DNA from: Syncephalis fuscata S228
Lineage: Eukaryota > Fungi > Zoopagomycota
DNA length: 64,000 bases
Direction: 5' to 3'
Assembly (NCBI GenBank): GCA_025786725.1
Contig: JAHLTZ010000018.1
Span: 124,001-188,000 of the forward strand
Positions 23,793-37,038 of this stretch are shown one piece after another. Each line of letters begins with the position of its first letter. Position 1 is the stretch's first letter. A program made the translations under genes and the position numbers. The notes beneath the pieces are model-generated. The model was not told where the DNA came from. It ran no database searches and saw only the letters and a list, made by a program, of their open reading frames with translations.

Positions 23793-26511
23793 GTTGAATA
23801 AATGGTAGTTGATTAAAGGGAGTATGGTAAGTACAATTTGATTAACGTAGTTTGTTCGACTAGATACTTGTGTTGTTGTGTGTAGTAGCTTTTTAATGTG
23901 CAAGTCTATCCAAGTATTTATATTGTTATTACCAGCTAGTCAATTCAATATGGTTAAGCATTATTGCTCAAACTTGAAGCTTATAGAGTGGCATTGGCGA
24001 ATGTACATTTTGGGAATCAAATTGTGCATATTTCGTTAACTGATTAAATTTTCTCAGAAAACCGGGTCTATGCTTTAAACAATCAGCGTTTGCCAAATTA
24101 GTAAGCAATGCTGGAAAGGGCATGTTACGGCTAAGCTTACAGAGGCTTAATACAAGCTGGAGTGCTGTTTGATAAGCTTAAACATTATGCATCTTCATGC
24201 ATTTTGTATATCCATATTGCAAATAACAATGCTAATTGTTTGGCTTTCTATTAAGACTACTTGCTTTCAAATTAAACCGGCCATTTGAGCACAGACCCGT
24301 ATAATTGATCACAGCTGCTTATTATCCAAGTGTAGATTTTGTCGAGTTTAATCGGCAATTGCTTTAGATTCCGATGGCTTGTGAACATGGCTGTGCGAGG
24401 AATGTGAATACTCGGCTTATCCGTCAGGTATCAAGTCAAAAACATTACGCACAAAAATGGCAGCAGCGGAGTCATAAGCAAGTTGCTTGATAACCAGCCA
24501 AGAAATGGCAAAATGCAGCGCAATCGGCGGTGTTCACAACAAGCAATTATTGTGCAACAAGCAGGTCAATATTATTGCAATAGTAATAGGCAATAGACAG
24601 AAATTGCATGGCCAAATATAGTAGCTGCGACTATTAGCTAGATATAGCGTTTGTTTTGTACAGCATTACTGTTTAATTCTCAAGCGGAGCTTTTATAATA
24701 TCAAATTGTAATGTCGACCTTGGCAATTGGCAGCTGACTGGTTTATTTTCCTAGTTAATAGCAGTGATTGGCTGGTAAAATAATAGCAATAGTACTAGCA
24801 AGTACAATACTGTGCCATGCTAGTGTAAGCTTAGCCGCAATCTAGTGCTGTAATAGCCACACACAGATGATTTATTATCAATATTGCTAAGCGTGCAATT
24901 TATAACAACATTGAGTATTAAATAAAACATTTATTACAACATATTACATGAAATAACAACAACTAGTAGTAAAAATCAAATACATGTATGTAACAGTTTG
25001 ACTAAACCAGTATATTTTGACCAAATACTTGTAAAGTTGTGTACACAATGAGTCGGCTGATGTATATTACTTTGAGTGTGTATATTGTAGTTTGTCAGTA
25101 AAACTTTTTTAGCAAACCAATGCTGCTTTTTAAATTGAGTAATCTCTATTATTAGTGTAAATGATTTTATATTGTCCAATGTTTGTATATCTATAGCAAG
25201 TTTTACTGACAAACTACAATATGCACACTAAAAGTAATATACATCAGCCGACTCATTGTGTACACAACTTTACAAGTATTTGGTCAAAATATACTGGTTT
25301 AGTCAAACTGTTACATACATGTATTTGATTTTTACTACTAGTTGTTGTTATTTCATGTAATATGTTGTAATAAATGTTTTATTTAATACTCAATGTTGTT
25401 ATAAATTGCACGCTTAGCAATATTGATAATAAATCATCTGTGTGTGGCTATTACAGCACTAGATTGCGGCTAAGCTTACACTAGCATGGCACAGTATTGT
25501 ACTTGCTAGTACTATTGCTATTATTTTACCAGCCAATCACTGCTATTAACTAGGAAAATAAACCAGTCAGCTGCCAATTGCCAAGGTCGACATTACAATT
25601 TGATATTATAAAAGCTCCGCTTGAGAATTAAACAGTAATGCTGTACAAAACAAACGCTATATCTAGCTAATAGTCGCAGCTACTATATTTGGCCATGCAA
25701 TTTCTGTCTATTGCCTATTACTATTGCAATAATATTGACCTGCTTGTTGCACAATAATTGCTTGTTGTGAACACCGCCGATTGCGCTGCATTTTGCCATT
25801 TCTTGGCTGGTTATCAAGCAACTTGCTTATGACTCCGCTGCTGCCATTTTTGTGCGTAATGTTTTTGACTTGATACCTGACGGATAAGCCGAGTATTCAC
25901 ATTCCTCGCACAGCCATGTTCACAAGCCATCGGAATCTAAAGCAATTGCCGATTAAACTCGACAAAATCTACACTTGGATAATAAGCAGCTGTGATCAAT
26001 TATACGGGTCTGTGCTCAAATGGCCGGTTTAATTTGAAAGCAAGTAGTCTTAATAGAAAGCCAAACAATTAGCATTGTTATTTGCAATATGGATATACAA
26101 AATGCATGAAGATGCATAATGTTTAAGCTTATCAAACAGCACTCCAGCTTGTATTAAGCCTCTGTAAGCTTAGCCGTAACATGCCCTTTCCAGCATTGCT
26201 TACTAATTTGGCAAACGCTGATTGTTTAAAGCATAGACCCGGTTTTCTGAGAAAATTTAATCAGTTAACGAAATATGCACAATTTGATTCCCAAAATGTA
26301 CATTCGCCAATGCCACTCTATAAGCTTCAAGTTTGAGCAATAATGCTTAACCATATTGAATTGACTAGCTGGTAATAACAATATAAATACTTGGATAGAC
26401 TTGCACATTAAAAAGCTACTACACACAACAACACAAGTATCTAGTCGAACAAACTACGTTAATCAAATTGTACTTACCATACTCCCTTTAATCAACTACC
26501 ATTTATTCAAC

Positions 26512-26699
26512 ATGAAGTTCTCTGCTGTAATCATTGCCGCTGCTGCCCTCTTGGTCGCTGTCGTTTGGTCGAAGCTGCTCCAGGATTTACCAAGCCGCCC
26601 ACTAGCGGTACACCATGCGTTATTGGCACACCACCCGTTGGACAACTTGAGTGCAAGGATAATGGCGATGGTACCGGCACTTGGGGCTGGCACATGTAA
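26512..26699 (+). CDS. Small secreted two-Cys peptide, copy 2, with a -1 frameshift at ~26566 (pseudogene or assembly error)
   Basis: Matches copy 1 except GTCGTTTGGTC versus GTCGTTTCGGTC. Confidence 0.65.
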
Positions 26700-28308
26700 T
26701 TAACCAGCAGAAACCAATGCTGCTGCAGTTTATACAAAGACAATCGACAGTTCTTGTTTATTAATAGCCATAAGTTGCAGCTGTTTATAATAAACTATTA
26801 ATATTAACCAATATACATATTTTTGTATATAACTTGATTATAATTTATACGCATATTGTATAGACAATATTATTACAATAGAGTTCATACTTAAGTATGA
26901 ATATTAAATATAATTTGATTTGGTGTGTTGTTTAACATTTTCTACATATGTATAATATTATATATTATACCTGTTATGCGACATTCAAATTGCCAATGCA
27001 AAATCCAAATACACTGGTATATAATCGTTTTATAATCAATAATTTGGAATCGTTACGTGACTCAATGTTTTATACGTGGCTAGGCGTTATGCACAAAAAA
27101 GTATTAAATAATACCGAGTTTCTATATTGATAATAAGATTATTGACGACAAAAATGTTTAATCTTATAGTACAATATGACTACAATTGAACTATAGATAA
27201 ACGATTAAAATCGCTTTAAAATAAAATCACTAAATAATTAGTGCGATATTCTAGTTTTAAAAAATAGTATTAAATAAACTGATCAAATAACTGGATTTTA
27301 TAAGCGATAAGCATAGCAATATGTGTAGTATTACAGCTAGCATTATGACTACAAGGCCTTCAGCACTAATTCTAAAATTTCAATACTTCAAATTATTTTA
27401 CTATCAGTCAATTGAGTATGAGTATGCAATAAAATATCATGTTCAATTTGATTAGCGGTACGATCTATTGTTGGGGTATTGTTTTCTACCAGTCGGGTTA
27501 AACAGTAGTTACCTTATTTGGCATTTTCTTAGTAAGAGTGTTTTATTTAGTATGTGTGATGCTAAAAAACTACTGTTATTTCAACAAGCCAAATTAGATC
27601 AATAGATTTTTATTCACACTCATATTTAACAGATTGTGTTGACTACCATAAACGTATTTTTTTGTTTTTAGACATCGGAATCTAAATCAACTCTAGATAG
27701 TTAGATAGTGTCTATGTCTAATAGAGCAGTTAATAAAAACATAAAATTGGCACTAGTACATAAAAATTTGTATGTAGCATTGTAAGATTGCACACAATGC
27801 TAAATTGCACTTGAATGGTGCCATTTGATTAAGAAGCCAATCGATTATATTTATTGTATTAGCAACATACAATAGCTTAAAGTCACCTTAATTAATACTA
27901 ATAACGAATGTATAAATCTACTGCTTTCACACATGTAAAAAAGCCAAGATTACATATATAGTTGTGTTACACTGGTTCTCACGTCTATCCAAATTTAGTA
28001 AGCAATTATACTATCGTATAATACTCAAGACTGATTGCATTCACAACCAAACGATATTTTCTCAGCAGATCACACGTTCTTTCTAAATTAAGTATTTGCC
28101 AGTATTTAGTGTGAGTATTGTTGTATTGGCCAATGGCTAAATATTTATAGCCGATTTTACTGACGGATTACAGTATAAATATCCAGGCTAATATGCATGT
28201 CAATTAACTCATCACACACACACATCCACACAAGTATCTAGTCTGACTCGCTATCTTAATCTAATTGTATCCAACATACACCACTCAATCTACCACCAAC
28301 CAATTAAC

Positions 28309-28497
28309 ATGAAGTTCGCCACTGCCATTATTGCTGCTGCCGCTCTCTTGGTCACTGTTGTCTCGGTCGAAGCCAGGCCAGGATTCACCAAGCCACCCAC
28401 TGCTGGTTCTCCATGTGTCATTGGTTCTGCGCCCGTGGGCAATCTCGAATGCCAGGACAATGGTGACGGTACCACTACTTGGGGCTGGAGATACTAA
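28309..28497 (+). CDS. Small secreted two-Cys peptide, diverged paralog 3
   Basis: MKFATAIIAAAALLVTVVSVEA|RPGFTKPPTAGSPCVIGSAPVGNLECQDNGDGTTTWGWRY. TATAAATA at ~28174. Confidence 0.87.
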   Translation: MKFATAIIAAAALLVTVVSVEARPGFTKPPTAGSPCVIGSAPVGNLECQDNGDGTTTWGWRY

Positions 28498-29535
28498 ATA
28501 GCCAGTAATACTGACATGGTGACAGTTTATACAAAGGCAATCGACAGATCTTGTTTATACAGCTATACGTGTATAGCCTGCTTGTTAGCAGCCATTAATC
28601 AACATTGTTTATAATAAACTGTTTATTAAATATATAATTTTAAATACACTTTAATGATATGTGCAAATTTAGTGACTAATTGATACGGATCATCATGCTA
28701 ACAAATAATATTATGGTAAGCTGAATATTGATCAAAAGTGCTATGTATAAAAATGTTATAAATGCTTACCACTGTCGCTCAAGCACTAATAAATATAGCT
28801 TTTTCTTACTCCGACTTTATTGAATTAATACTCCAACATTTGACTAAACTATCTCTTTATACGTTCTCTTCTTACATGGTTGCTTGGCCAACGTTGTATC
28901 GTCGCGCTACTGACGTTGTAAAAATATAAACGTCAGCTTCCACAACACAGTAGTACCCAGCTAGCCTTTATTATTTTGGTATATATTTTCTACATATAAT
29001 TTACAGCAATTTATTCTATATTATACAGCATCTAGATTATTATAAACAGTATGAATACAATGCAGTAATTATTAATAACAGCAGGCTAGCACACTTACTG
29101 TTTGCAAACTATCTGCAAACATCAACGGTTTTCATTAAAGCAATATAGTTAGGTAAATATATTTTAAATAGTATATAATCCATTATTTATTTATTTGTGT
29201 AGAACATGGTTCTATTTGTAGTTTAATAGTTTTAGTGTATTTATAAAACTCACTAACTACTGTTTTGTTAGTAGTATTGCACATGGTTCAAGCATGCAGT
29301 TGTTATTCTATTGTAAATATTATTGAAATCAATACAATTTGTATAACTAAAAGTTTACGACATCAAACAAACAAAAACTGTTGTCTATTTATTACATTAT
29401 TGCAGTAGATAGTTTTACATTTGGCATATATTGTTACAAATTTAGCATAAAAATATATTTAATTCAATCAAAAGCATTTTATTATACTGATGTCGAATCA
29501 AACAATACAAATACTTTGAATGTATTTGTACAGCT

Positions 29536-30678
29536 CTAATCAAACAGACCAAAGCCCATATCCTCATCGGACTCATCAGCTTCCTCGGCGGCGGCGGCAG
29601 TGGCACCACTGTCAGCAGCAGCAGAAGTGGCAGCAGGGGCGGCAGCAGCGAAGGCAGATGGATCAGCCAAATAGGCCTTGACCTAAAATAACCGTTAGCT
29701 ATCTGAAAACACAAACTATTATCTTGTTTATATCTCAAGAGTGTCAATCAGGAAAAAATTAGAGTGATTGCTTTAAGCCATCATTACTATTTCCGCAAGC
29801 GAAAGTATTTTCATCATATTGAAACTCGTGCATCCGTGCACCATAGCGATATAACTATGCCAGCCCAGATCATCCACAATACTTACCTTCTCGGAACCAG
29901 GGAAGGTGTAGTCGGTACCAACGGAGACGGCCAAGACGTTCTTGTAGCCGTTGACGATGGAGTGAGGGACGGCAGCGAGTGTTGGGTAGCCAATGGCCAA
30001 CGACAAGGCAGCAATGGTCTTGACACCGGTCATGTACTGCTCAATGAGCTGGCTTTCCTCAATGTCCAAAATGGCTGGGGAGAAGATGGTGCCGTTGTCA
30101 TAGACTTGGACAACAGACATACCGTAGGTGAACGGCGAAATGTTCAACATGTTGAGCAGAGTAGCTTCGGAAGCACCGACCTTCTCGCCGACCTTAACCA
30201 AATGCATATCGCTGGTAATTTCAATGGTACCACGAGCAATCTTGGTTGGGACACCGAGAGCCTGGAAGAAAGAAGTCTTACCTGGTTCCATACCAGTGTT
30301 ACCGGCTGGGACAAATACATCAACAGGGGCCAAAGCACCAGCACGAGCAGGGGCAGCGACACGGTTGGAGGTGATGGTCTCACGTACGTTCTTCAAGTCA
30401 CCGTTGGTGAAGACAAAACCAATGTTGCCACGGACGTGTGGAATAAGCTTTTCAAAGATTGAGTTCTGAGCGCAGAGGATCTTCAAGGCACGACGGACCA
30501 TGGTATTCTTGCCCATCAACACGGTAGCATCGCCGCGAAGAGACTGACGAATCTGGTGCATCTGGTTGGAGCCAACATTGTCAACGTTGACAATGAAGAT
30601 GGAGGTGTGGTTCTTGAGAAGCTCTTCGAACTTAACAAAGTAGTTCTCTTTCTTGGTACGAGTGTCTCCCGATGACAT
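29536..30678 (-). CDS. RPP0: 60S acidic ribosomal protein P0, one coding intron at ~29683-29886
   Basis: [33 protein letters not shown]-terminal [10 protein letters not shown]. Confidence 0.97.
29744..29822 (-). ncRNA. Intronic box C/D snoRNA candidate
   Basis: TCAAT-ATGATGA (C box) ... ATGATG (C') ... CACTCTAATTTTTTC-CTGA (D box)-TTGA, with a terminal stem. The guide is antisense to conserved 18S GAAAAAATTAGAGTG. Confidence 0.75.
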
Positions 30679-31553
30679 CTTGAGTGTTTTGTGTTCAAAG
30701 GGCTCCGATAAAGGAATTTAAAGACAGTCTATAGTCGAATAAACAGTAATTAATATACATAGTATTAAAGACGACGCGGTGTTAATTAAATGAACTACAT
30801 AATCATATGTATCCATCCATCCATCCATCCATCTGCTTATAAGTATAGCTTGGATTTATACATGGATTATTAGACGGAAGATCCATACATATGCAGATGA
30901 ACTCAAAGTGCTTATACGCGTAAACACTTACCAATTAGATGGACTGTTTGGACGTGAATAATCAGAAGAAGGAGGAAATTTCAGTATTCACTGAGTGGTG
31001 TAATTATTATCAATTCCACCACACAATTAATTTCTATACACGAACACAGTCTCTCTTTTACACACACACACACTTGTTTATAAAAAGAGAGATAAAGACA
31101 GAAATACACCTTAATGCACTTGAATACATCGGTATACATCTCAACTGTAATAAATATCGTTATTATATAAAAACTCAAAACAAATTATTAATAGTAAATA
31201 CATTTTAAACAAGTGTTACCTATTTATTGCTGTGTATTAGAAAAAAAAGTCTCAGTGTATACTTTCACACTGTTATAAATTGAACCATAATGAACTTGTA
31301 TTATTGTACTTAATTAAAGTGACATTGGCAATATTCGCAATATTGTGGAGAATGATGCTGTAAATGGAATTGATAGACTTGTATTTGCTTGATATGACGT
31401 GATTTTTTGGATTAATAATATGTATACATAATTAATAATCCAATTGAGTTATAAAAGGCCATGTTAATTTGATGCCGTAATTATTAGCCATTATTCACAT
31501 CGATAGCAACACATTTCATTCCTTTGTAGCAAACTATAACAGTACTTAGCAAG

Positions 31554-32300
31554 ATGGCTTTAACACTTTACAAAGCGTTGTTTGTCCTTATGCTCATCGC
31601 GCCCGATTGGCACTGATCGAAACTAACACAAAGGCTGAGGAAATTGAGATCGATCTACGTAACAAACCAGAATGGTATGCATGCTAGTGCCAAGGTACAC
31701 TCTTTTTAAATACACCTATGCTAACATTAATATTCAAATAGGTATACAAAAGATATTAATCCAGCTGGCAAGGTGCCGTCTCTAAAGCTAGAAGATGGCC
31801 AAATTCTTGTTGAATCTTTGGTGATTACCGAGTACATTTTGGAAAAATATGGCCCAAACACTGGCATCATTCCGTCCGATCCATTGGAGCGTGCCAAGAC
31901 TCGCTTGTTTATAGAACAATTTAATAGCTTTATCAGTGCGTTCTATGCCTTTTTTATACATGGCTCGGAACACGATGAAGAATCAAAGAACAAGCTTCTT
32001 GCAGCTATTCACCAGCTAAATATTAATCTTGAAGCGCTGTCCAAGGAAGGTCCCTATGCCACTGGATCTCAGTTCACGCTGGCCGATCTCATTTCTGCTC
32101 CTCATTTGGCCCGCTTGGATTCATTAAAAGAATACCATCGCCTTACTATTCCTGAAACGAGCGAGTATGCCCGCGTAAGTGCTTGGATCAAGACATTGGC
32201 AGAGCGACCAAGTGTACAAAGCACCCTTCCGTCTGGTGCTGAAACTAAAGCATCGCTCGATAGGCTTAGAGATCGCTATGCTACTGCTGCCAGCAAATAA
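31554..32300 (+). CDS. Glutathione S-transferase (omega-like CPY motif); apparent 1-bp deletion near 31576
   Basis: CPYAHR, IDLRNKPEW|YTKDINPAGKVPSL, LVESLVI, FTLADL. Confidence 0.88.
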
Positions 32301-33433
32301 TTATATCTGTTTGTAAACGACAATAAACTCGGGTTCTTTCCTTATTACCTTTTCAGAGCATAAAATAACATCAATTAAACTATAGCCAAATAGCTTTCAG
32401 TGTTTACAAGTTTTAAAATTAAAAGCTAAATGTAAATGCAACACTATTACGGTAAAAAGAATAGTGTATATAAGCCATTACATCTTAGGACTATATTATT
32501 TGTTCGGCAGATGATCTAAAACATGGCTACATTATTATTATAATTACCATTTTCATATTTGGTGATTATAGAGTATTCAAATACTCGCACGTTAAATAAT
32601 CATAATTGCGCTTTTTACCATATTCTGAGCATTATTTTTTATTTACATATAAAATGATTATATGACTAATTCAATTTTATTATCAATAAATAATAAGAGC
32701 TTTAGTTTTACTTTATTTCTTTGTGGTTTATATAAAGTTGCTTAGTTTATTATACTTTAATTGCGATAATTAGTAAAAATAAAAAGTAATCTTATTATAT
32801 ATTTATATATTAATCAACTAATACGTTATATCCTAAGTATTAAAACAGGTATTAGCAAACAACAAGAGCTAGTATTATATAACAGAATCAGGATAGATTA
32901 CTACCTGGTCAGCTAGCTTATAGCTTCTAAACCAAACTTTTAATATTATGGTGAATATAATTATCGGCTGGTTCACTATTTAATTTAACGTGCCAAAACC
33001 ACATTATATTCAAGGAAGATCTGGAGATGTATCCATGTGAACCATTAAATGAATTTATTGAAATAGCACTACTAAATCCCGTAAATAAATTTAGATTCAA
33101 TTCAGTATTTTATGATTTCCATCGTTACCGGCTTGTCAATGTATATATACACGTACGCATATACCTGTACAAACAATTGGCATTAGACATTTATACCGCT
33201 AAAAATTACCATACTCTGACAATGGTTAATGACTGTTGTTCAAATTTGCCTATTCACTTGATAGTTCTGTAAACTGCTGCTGTTAATCAGGATAATATCC
33301 GACAGGCCTGTTGATTTAAAATTAATTTAAAACAAATAGGCACTACAGCTTTAATAACATTCTGTTTTCTTAATTACAAGTGTTATAAATAAGATATTAA
33401 TGCATTAAATCGCTGAATATTTTGATTAATGGG

Positions 33434-36091
33434 ATGTCGCAACCTGACCGTAATGTGCCGTCAGCTTTTCATGCCACCATTGGTTCTTCTCATAGGCAAA
33501 ATGTGCCACCCACATTTTTTGATACGAGAAATCAAAATGAGGAGGAAATTTCGACGTAATAAATAGAACTAGTGAATTGTATACAAACTATACTGACAAA
33601 TCTTTTATATTCGACACAGAGAACCGTATACCATTATCGACATACCTGATATGCCAGATGAAATGCCCAATGCAGAGTTTCCCGTAGAACAATATCCAAG
33701 GGAAACATTTGCTTTACCTGAGGAAAATAGAAATAATGAGGGCAGACAGGATGAATTTCCATCTGCATCTTCCTCGGCGGATGAACAACCTTATGTAAGC
33801 AAATAGCATGGCGTATATTATGTATAAAAAACTTAGCAATATTATAATAGGGTAACTAGCCTTGCAATCAAATAGCTCGAGTTAATAAATAAAGAAAAAA
33901 GAAACAGATGCTGAATCTCAAGGACGGCTGAAGAAAGATGACGACTCAAGTAGAAAACATATGCGATATCTTATTATACCTGAATCCATGGAACGAGACC
34001 GTATCAATAATATGAATTGGTTTCGTCGTAAATGCTACTACTTTTTTATAGAGCCGCGATCTATTCCTGTATGTTAAACAATACAAATGCTACAAAAGCC
34101 ACCACAGTTTGCATAACTAACAGTTAACGGTACAATATAGGCGAAAATGTTTGTTGTATTTATAGCTGCAATGATTATGCAATCAGTCACGTTAAATATC
34201 ATCGATAGTCTACCTGAATTGCGTAATAACGACGATTACATGGCTGTTATACTGTAAGCAATGCTAGTTATCGCTATTTAACTGACCATCTAACAAAACT
34301 CAATAGTTCCAAAATCAAGCCGTACAACATTGTAGTATTTTCGATCGATTATTTCGCTCGTCTTTACGCTTCTGCCTACCGTTTGAGATTCATAATACGT
34401 ATGCATTTTATATTTGCCTACTTTTTACTAATTGAACTTTTATAGAGCCGTTACAGATTATTGATCTTATTTCTCTTTTTACTTATTTTGTCGATCAGTT
34501 CTTGCCTCCATCCAAACTTGCGGTATGTTTCAGGTAGCAGTCATGCCTATTGCTGTCTAACATTAAACCATTTAGACGGCGTTACACTTCATTCGTGTAC
34601 TACGTATATTTCGCCTATTCCGTGGCTTCCAGCCGTCGCAACGGAGCATCAACACACGGGTAAAAGCTGTTCTATTGAGACAAAGAATTTTATGTCAATC
34701 TGAATTAATACTGTTTTAGATGGTCTTTTATTCACTTCGAAGAAGCAAGGTGCAAATAGCGACATTTATTTCCTACCTAATTGTCGCGCTTATCATTTCC
34801 TCAACGCTAATGTATATTGTCGAGCAGGACGTGCTTGACGAGCAAACCGGCCTATGGACCTACCATGTCAATGGTACAGTTATCATTAGTCCGTTTCAGT
34901 CTGTGCCCCACACATTCTGGTGGTCCATCTCGACATTGACAACGGTTGGATACGGTAAGCTGAATCCACAGTCACGCTCTGCAATTGTTTCATCCCTCTA
35001 TTCTAGCTAATGTCTTGTTTTCGCTACATCATAGGTGACAACGTTCCTCGTACCGCTCTCGGCAAGGTAGTCGCCGCGTTTACTATGGTGCTTGGCGTTA
35101 TGGCAAGTATTTTACTAGCACAAAGCCGCCGTCCACATCATTAATTCGTCATTTAGATGATTGCCCTGCCATCGTCTATTCTTGGTGCTAGCTTTCTCAA
35201 CGAATGGCAGCACTACCATAGAGAAAAGTACAACGCTCGTGTTCGTTTGGCACGTGCCAGTCATAAAAAAAATCAGCCGCCAGCAAGTGAAGCAGAGCAG
35301 ATTCGTCGATTACGTGCGCACAACGAGCTACTAGTCAATGCTGTTGCTGATGTTCAAGAATCGCTAGCGACGGTAAGTGCATTTTGAAGGGTTAATGACA
35401 GTAAATTAACAAATATTATAACAATATTCACTTTTATTGGCAAAAACTTTGTCTATTATTTGTTTAGGTTAATCCAACTATGCATTATCAATTGTTGCGC
35501 GAGGCGGAGAAGCGTGAACGTGCTGCAAACCAATTTGTCGCACAGCTGTACACGGAAGTCCAAACGCTGCGTTCACAATTGCAGCAAAACGCCGACCACA
35601 ATCTTGACTTTGTCGATAATCGTCCGCAGTCTTTTCTTAGTCTTTTCCGTCGTGAGCGCCATCAATTACCGACAGCCTTGCGACCGCAAACACTGCATCG
35701 AGCGTCGTATCCAGAGGCCACCTCATCAAATGGCGGTGATTCAACGCTGGCACCGCCTAATTTAGGAACTCGGCTCGGCGACCGACCCACGCGCAGCAAG
35801 CCTACTACACCAAAGTCAAATCGTACAAATAGCGAAATGGCCACCACAACGGCAAAAGGTAGTGACCGCTTTACACAACCACCTACAAATGAAATACCTA
35901 CATTGGGCGGTACTCATATGGATATGCGTGGGACAAGTACTACGCTTAATGTTCAGCGCACCTCACCATCTCCCTCGCCGCCCTCGTCGCGTCCTATATC
36001 TTCGACGCTAATAAGACCACCATCACCGAGACCATCAATTCATCGGAGGTATTCACGTATACGAAATGCAACTAATCATAATGGCAAATAA
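33434..36091 (+). CDS. Voltage-gated (6TM, Kv-like) potassium channel, multi-exon
   Basis: S3 QIIDLIS, S4 IRVLRIFRLFR, pore FWWSISTLTTVGYG|D, S6 IALPSSILG, then a coiled-coil-like and low-complexity tail. Confidence 0.88.
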
Positions 36092-36534
36092 AAATAATAT
36101 TATACCCAATGTCAATATGTTTGATTGTGATAGCATGGCTTCCATAATAAAGTATTCTTAAGTAGTTAAGCTAGATTGCAGTTTGATTTGATATAATTTT
36201 TGTTTGTTTAATAAAAATAGCTATGTTTCTATATTAGTTATTTACCAAGTGTAATATTACTGCTAACACTAATACCAACGACAATTTACATCGCATTGCA
36301 CTGGTAACTAACGTGGCTTTGGTCGGGCATCTACTTTACCCCCCCCCCCCAGGGCAGTAAATCTTTTTACGCAATCGATCGTAATGATTTGAATAGTTGA
36401 CGAGTTGATTGAATTAATTTGTGTTTAAATGATCATTCATAATATATATTAATAAATGTAATAGCATTACCATTTTCATAAAATAGAATAGAATCGAATG
36501 TAACAGAACATCGTGTTTGTAGTTGCTATTTTAA

Positions 36535-37038
36535 ACATTTAAATAAACAATGTGCTATACCATTTGATTTCTTTAGAGCATTTGAGGCCAATTATTATTG
36601 CTGTTGACTATGTGTAGAGAGATTGATCGAATGTTAATAGAAGTCATATAATTGCGATTCCATATCGTTCCGCCGTTGTTGCATCTACGTACAGCATGGA
36701 TTATTGCATTTGAATGGTCTCTTCTATTTTCAATATTCCACTGTTGCATTTTGGACATATTTGTGATGTAAACTCAAGATTAATATACTTATTATAAAAG
36801 TCGTTTATTAAACAGTCATTTCCTCTATAGCCAATCTGACTAAATAAATAACAATATATATATTAAAGAAACAATAAAGATAACTAGTTAATTACATTAT
36901 TTTACTGATAATTACACATAAATTAATTAATATTGGATGTAATATTATACATGTTATAGTAATGAATGGGTGCTTAATTATATTTAAAAGTGTTGAGGGA
37001 TGAAATAAATAAATAAAAATGTGGGAGTCAGAGTATAG
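36535..37038 (-). mobile_element. Non-autonomous Fanzor-derived element, copy C (right end not found)
   Basis: TSQICPKCNS/ENRRDHSNAIIHAVRRCNNGGTIWNRNYMTSINIRSI. Left end CTATACTCTGACTCCCACAT; ~150 bp align with the left part of copy A. Confidence 0.78.

Larger units (their letters stand above)
23542..26761. repeat. Large inverted repeat: arms ~23542-25106 and 25198-26761, 91-bp spacer
   Basis: Arms read as near-perfect reverse complements. Mismatches seen at the arm edges plus one 1-bp indel at ~26566. Confidence 0.95.

Noticed and set aside
29764-30469. 232-aa and other antisense ORFs over RPP0
   Set aside because: Codon-bias shadow of a highly expressed gene.
36573-36758. 61-aa ORF as a functional small protein
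   Set aside because: It is a frameshifted Fanzor C-terminal remnant.
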